Positions 62,181 through 64,000 of a DNA stretch of 64,000 nucleotides are shown piece after piece. The notes below the pieces were generated by a model that worked only from the letters and a program-made list of their open reading frames with translations, was not told where the DNA came from and ran no database searches. Position 1 is the first letter of the stretch. Each line of letters starts with the position of its first letter. Both the position numbers and the translations under genes were made by a program. Source of the stretch: Raja brachyura (Eukaryota); NCBI GenBank assembly GCA_963514005.1, contig OY740807.1, positions 21,018,001-21,082,000 on the forward strand, read 5' to 3'.

Positions 62181-63157
62181 CCTCTCCTGGACTGCAACCT
62201 TGACGTGGAGGAGTGGCTTGTGTACTTCAGTGATCCTGAGAGCTATGCCGGATGGGATTTCATATCCCTGGCAGGTTCAACCAAATGGACAGGTCTTGGG
62301 GGACGAGGCAGACGAAGCAGTCCCTGGTCCTCCACTTTGGGGGTTGGGCATGGGGTTAACTACCCCACCCTGGAAAAAAGTGTGAGTTACAGAAACTTTG
62401 ACGAATGAAAAACAATTTACATACTTGGTTGATGAAGTTGCCCCAGGGATGGGGAACGTGACGCTCCCCAGTTAAACCCGCAAGGGAGCTGGGAAGCTCT
62501 CACATCTTCTGACGCCAAATAAATCCATCCTTGTGGGGACATGGAACATCCGAACCATGTCCCCACAATGATGGATTTATTTGGCGTCAGAAGTGCACCA
62601 TTTGGCTGGCAAGGCTGCTACAATTGCCATCAAAATGGTGCACCAAAATCTCTTAGCCCTGGGCTTGGCTGAAACAAGATGGACACAATCAGGGGAGATC
62701 AAATTGGTCAGCGGGGGCAATACATTGCTACTCCGGACAGAAAGAGGATGGAGCGAAGCATACAGAGGGAGTGGCCATCATGATGACGAACGACACATTA
62801 ACACCCGACTTGGGAGAATACTAAACATCTGGTGGAGAGACAAAGTAAGCAATGTGGACCTGTGGAAAAGAACATTTCAGGAGCACATTGACTTCCAAAT
62901 TTCAAGGAGAAAATGGAGTTGGATTGGACAGCATCAGGAAACCTGCCACAAACATCACCAGGCAAACTGGGTGATGGAACCTCCAAGGAAAAGAGGTCGC
63001 CCCAGGAACAGCTGGAGACGAGGTGTCCAGACAGAGATGTGTGAGAGTGGGCTCAACTGGGGAGATCTCGAAAGAACTGCCAACAACCGAGTGAGGTGGA
63101 GGACATTTGTCAATGGCCTATGCTCCCTAGAGGAGCAAATGGCTTGAGAAGAAGAAG
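62181..63157 (+). mobile_element. Internally deleted (bipartite) RTE retroelement with both ends retained; 14-bp TSD
   Basis: TSD agtgaagaaaatgt at 62167-62180 and 63158-63171. Endonuclease start LVGTWNIRTM..LGLAETRWTQSG is fused near 62790 to the RTE C-terminus RILNIWW..RRKWSWIG..RGRPRNSWRR..WRTFVNGLCS; (gaa)n tail; no RT domain. Confidence 0.92.
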
Positions 63158-63339
63158 AGTGAAGAAAATGTGCTGGTTTTACTTTCCAAAAATGTTGTGA
63201 TGGACTCTCAATTGTTCTCTGAAATAACAAACTGTTCAGTTGTGCTAATAATACTACATAAGGAGTTCCTCGTATTAACCCTGGACTTTCTGAGATCTCA
63301 TAGCATTAATTGGAACATGGACAAGGAAAGGAGAGGGGG

Positions 63340-63780
63340 TGTAGGTGGGTATTAATTGAAATTGAAAAATTCAATGTTCATACCGTTTGGTCGCAGGATA
63401 GCCAAATTGATTATGTTGCTGTTGTTACGGTTTGTGTGTGTGTGTGTGGCCTCACGCTGGCAATTGAGGAGGCCAAGGACAGAAACGTTCGTAAGGCATT
63501 GGGAAGGGGAATTAAATGGTTAGCAAACTGAACTCCTACAGTTCCCTAGTGTACGCTTGCACTCACTGATGTAAAGGAGGCCAAATCGGGAGCACCAAAT
63601 GCAATAAACAAGATTGGGAGAGATGCAAGTGTAACGCTATCTCACCTGGAAGGGTTGCTGGAATCCTTGGATGGAAGTGAGACAGGAGGTGCAGGGACGG
63701 GTGATATATCTCCTGCAGTTGCAGGGGAAAGTGCCTGGGGAGGGGGCAAGTTGGATGGCTAGAGATGAGATGACAGAACA
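63340..63780 (-). mobile_element. Penelope-like element fragment containing the GIY-YIG motif
   Basis: Minus strand translates QPFQVR*RYTCISPNLVYCIWCSRFGLLYISECKRTLG (LIYC...LYIGET GIY-YIG signature). Confidence 0.8.
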
Positions 63781-64000
63781 TGGATTTGGATTATTTTTCT
63801 CTCTGTGCACGTACTGCCAGATCTGTTATATATTTCTATTAATTACTATTATTATTTCAGTTTTACAGTATTTTGGTATACGCAGTAAAGTTTGCAAGCA
63901 GGAAAGGAAATAAAAAAACATAGTCAAGCTGTTTGGTGATGGTGTTTGTGAATGAATGTTGGTCTGTAATTCATTGAATGAATTATTTACTGTTATGGAG

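Noticed and set aside
52016-64000. Next AP2B1 exon (VLAELKEYATEVDVDF...)
   Set aside because: Not found by reading; it presumably lies beyond the window end, so it is not evidence of gene truncation.
1-64000. CRISPR arrays, operons, prokaryotic defence systems, U12-type introns
   Set aside because: The sequence is spliced vertebrate DNA. There is no regularly spaced repeat-spacer array, and all identified introns are GT-AG without the U12 donor consensus.

Overview
Vertebrate nuclear DNA. The repeat content (HE1/V-SINE-type SINEs, HER1/CR1 LINEs, dense Penelope-like remnants) points to a cartilaginous fish, probably a skate or ray (inference). The window holds a complete 3-exon PEX12 on the minus strand (CDS 9201-9073, 6472-5928, 4920-4524; 356 aa). 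It lies head-to-head with the 5' part of AP2B1 (beta2-adaptin) on the plus strand: a probable non-coding exon 1 in a CpG island at about 12.8-13.0 kb, then seven coding exons from 19413 to 52015 (codons 1-353); the gene continues beyond the window. Almost all other ORFs in the track are transposon fragments or noise. The most interesting non-genic signals are: (i) a TSD-bounded, internally deleted RTE retroelement whose 5' end folds into a pseudoknotted multi-stem RNA (ribozyme candidate) and which carries a 39-bp fold-back hairpin; (ii) many Penelope-derived minimal hammerhead-ribozyme motifs, one of which duplicated the PEX12 exon-1 splice donor; (iii) an unexplained 70-nt inverted pair 26 kb apart bracketing a frame-preserving block of three AP2B1 exons; (iv) a young RNase H-bearing LINE nested in a Tc1 terminal repeat inside PEX12 intron 1. 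All family assignments come from motif recognition, not database searches, and boundaries of decayed repeats are approximate.
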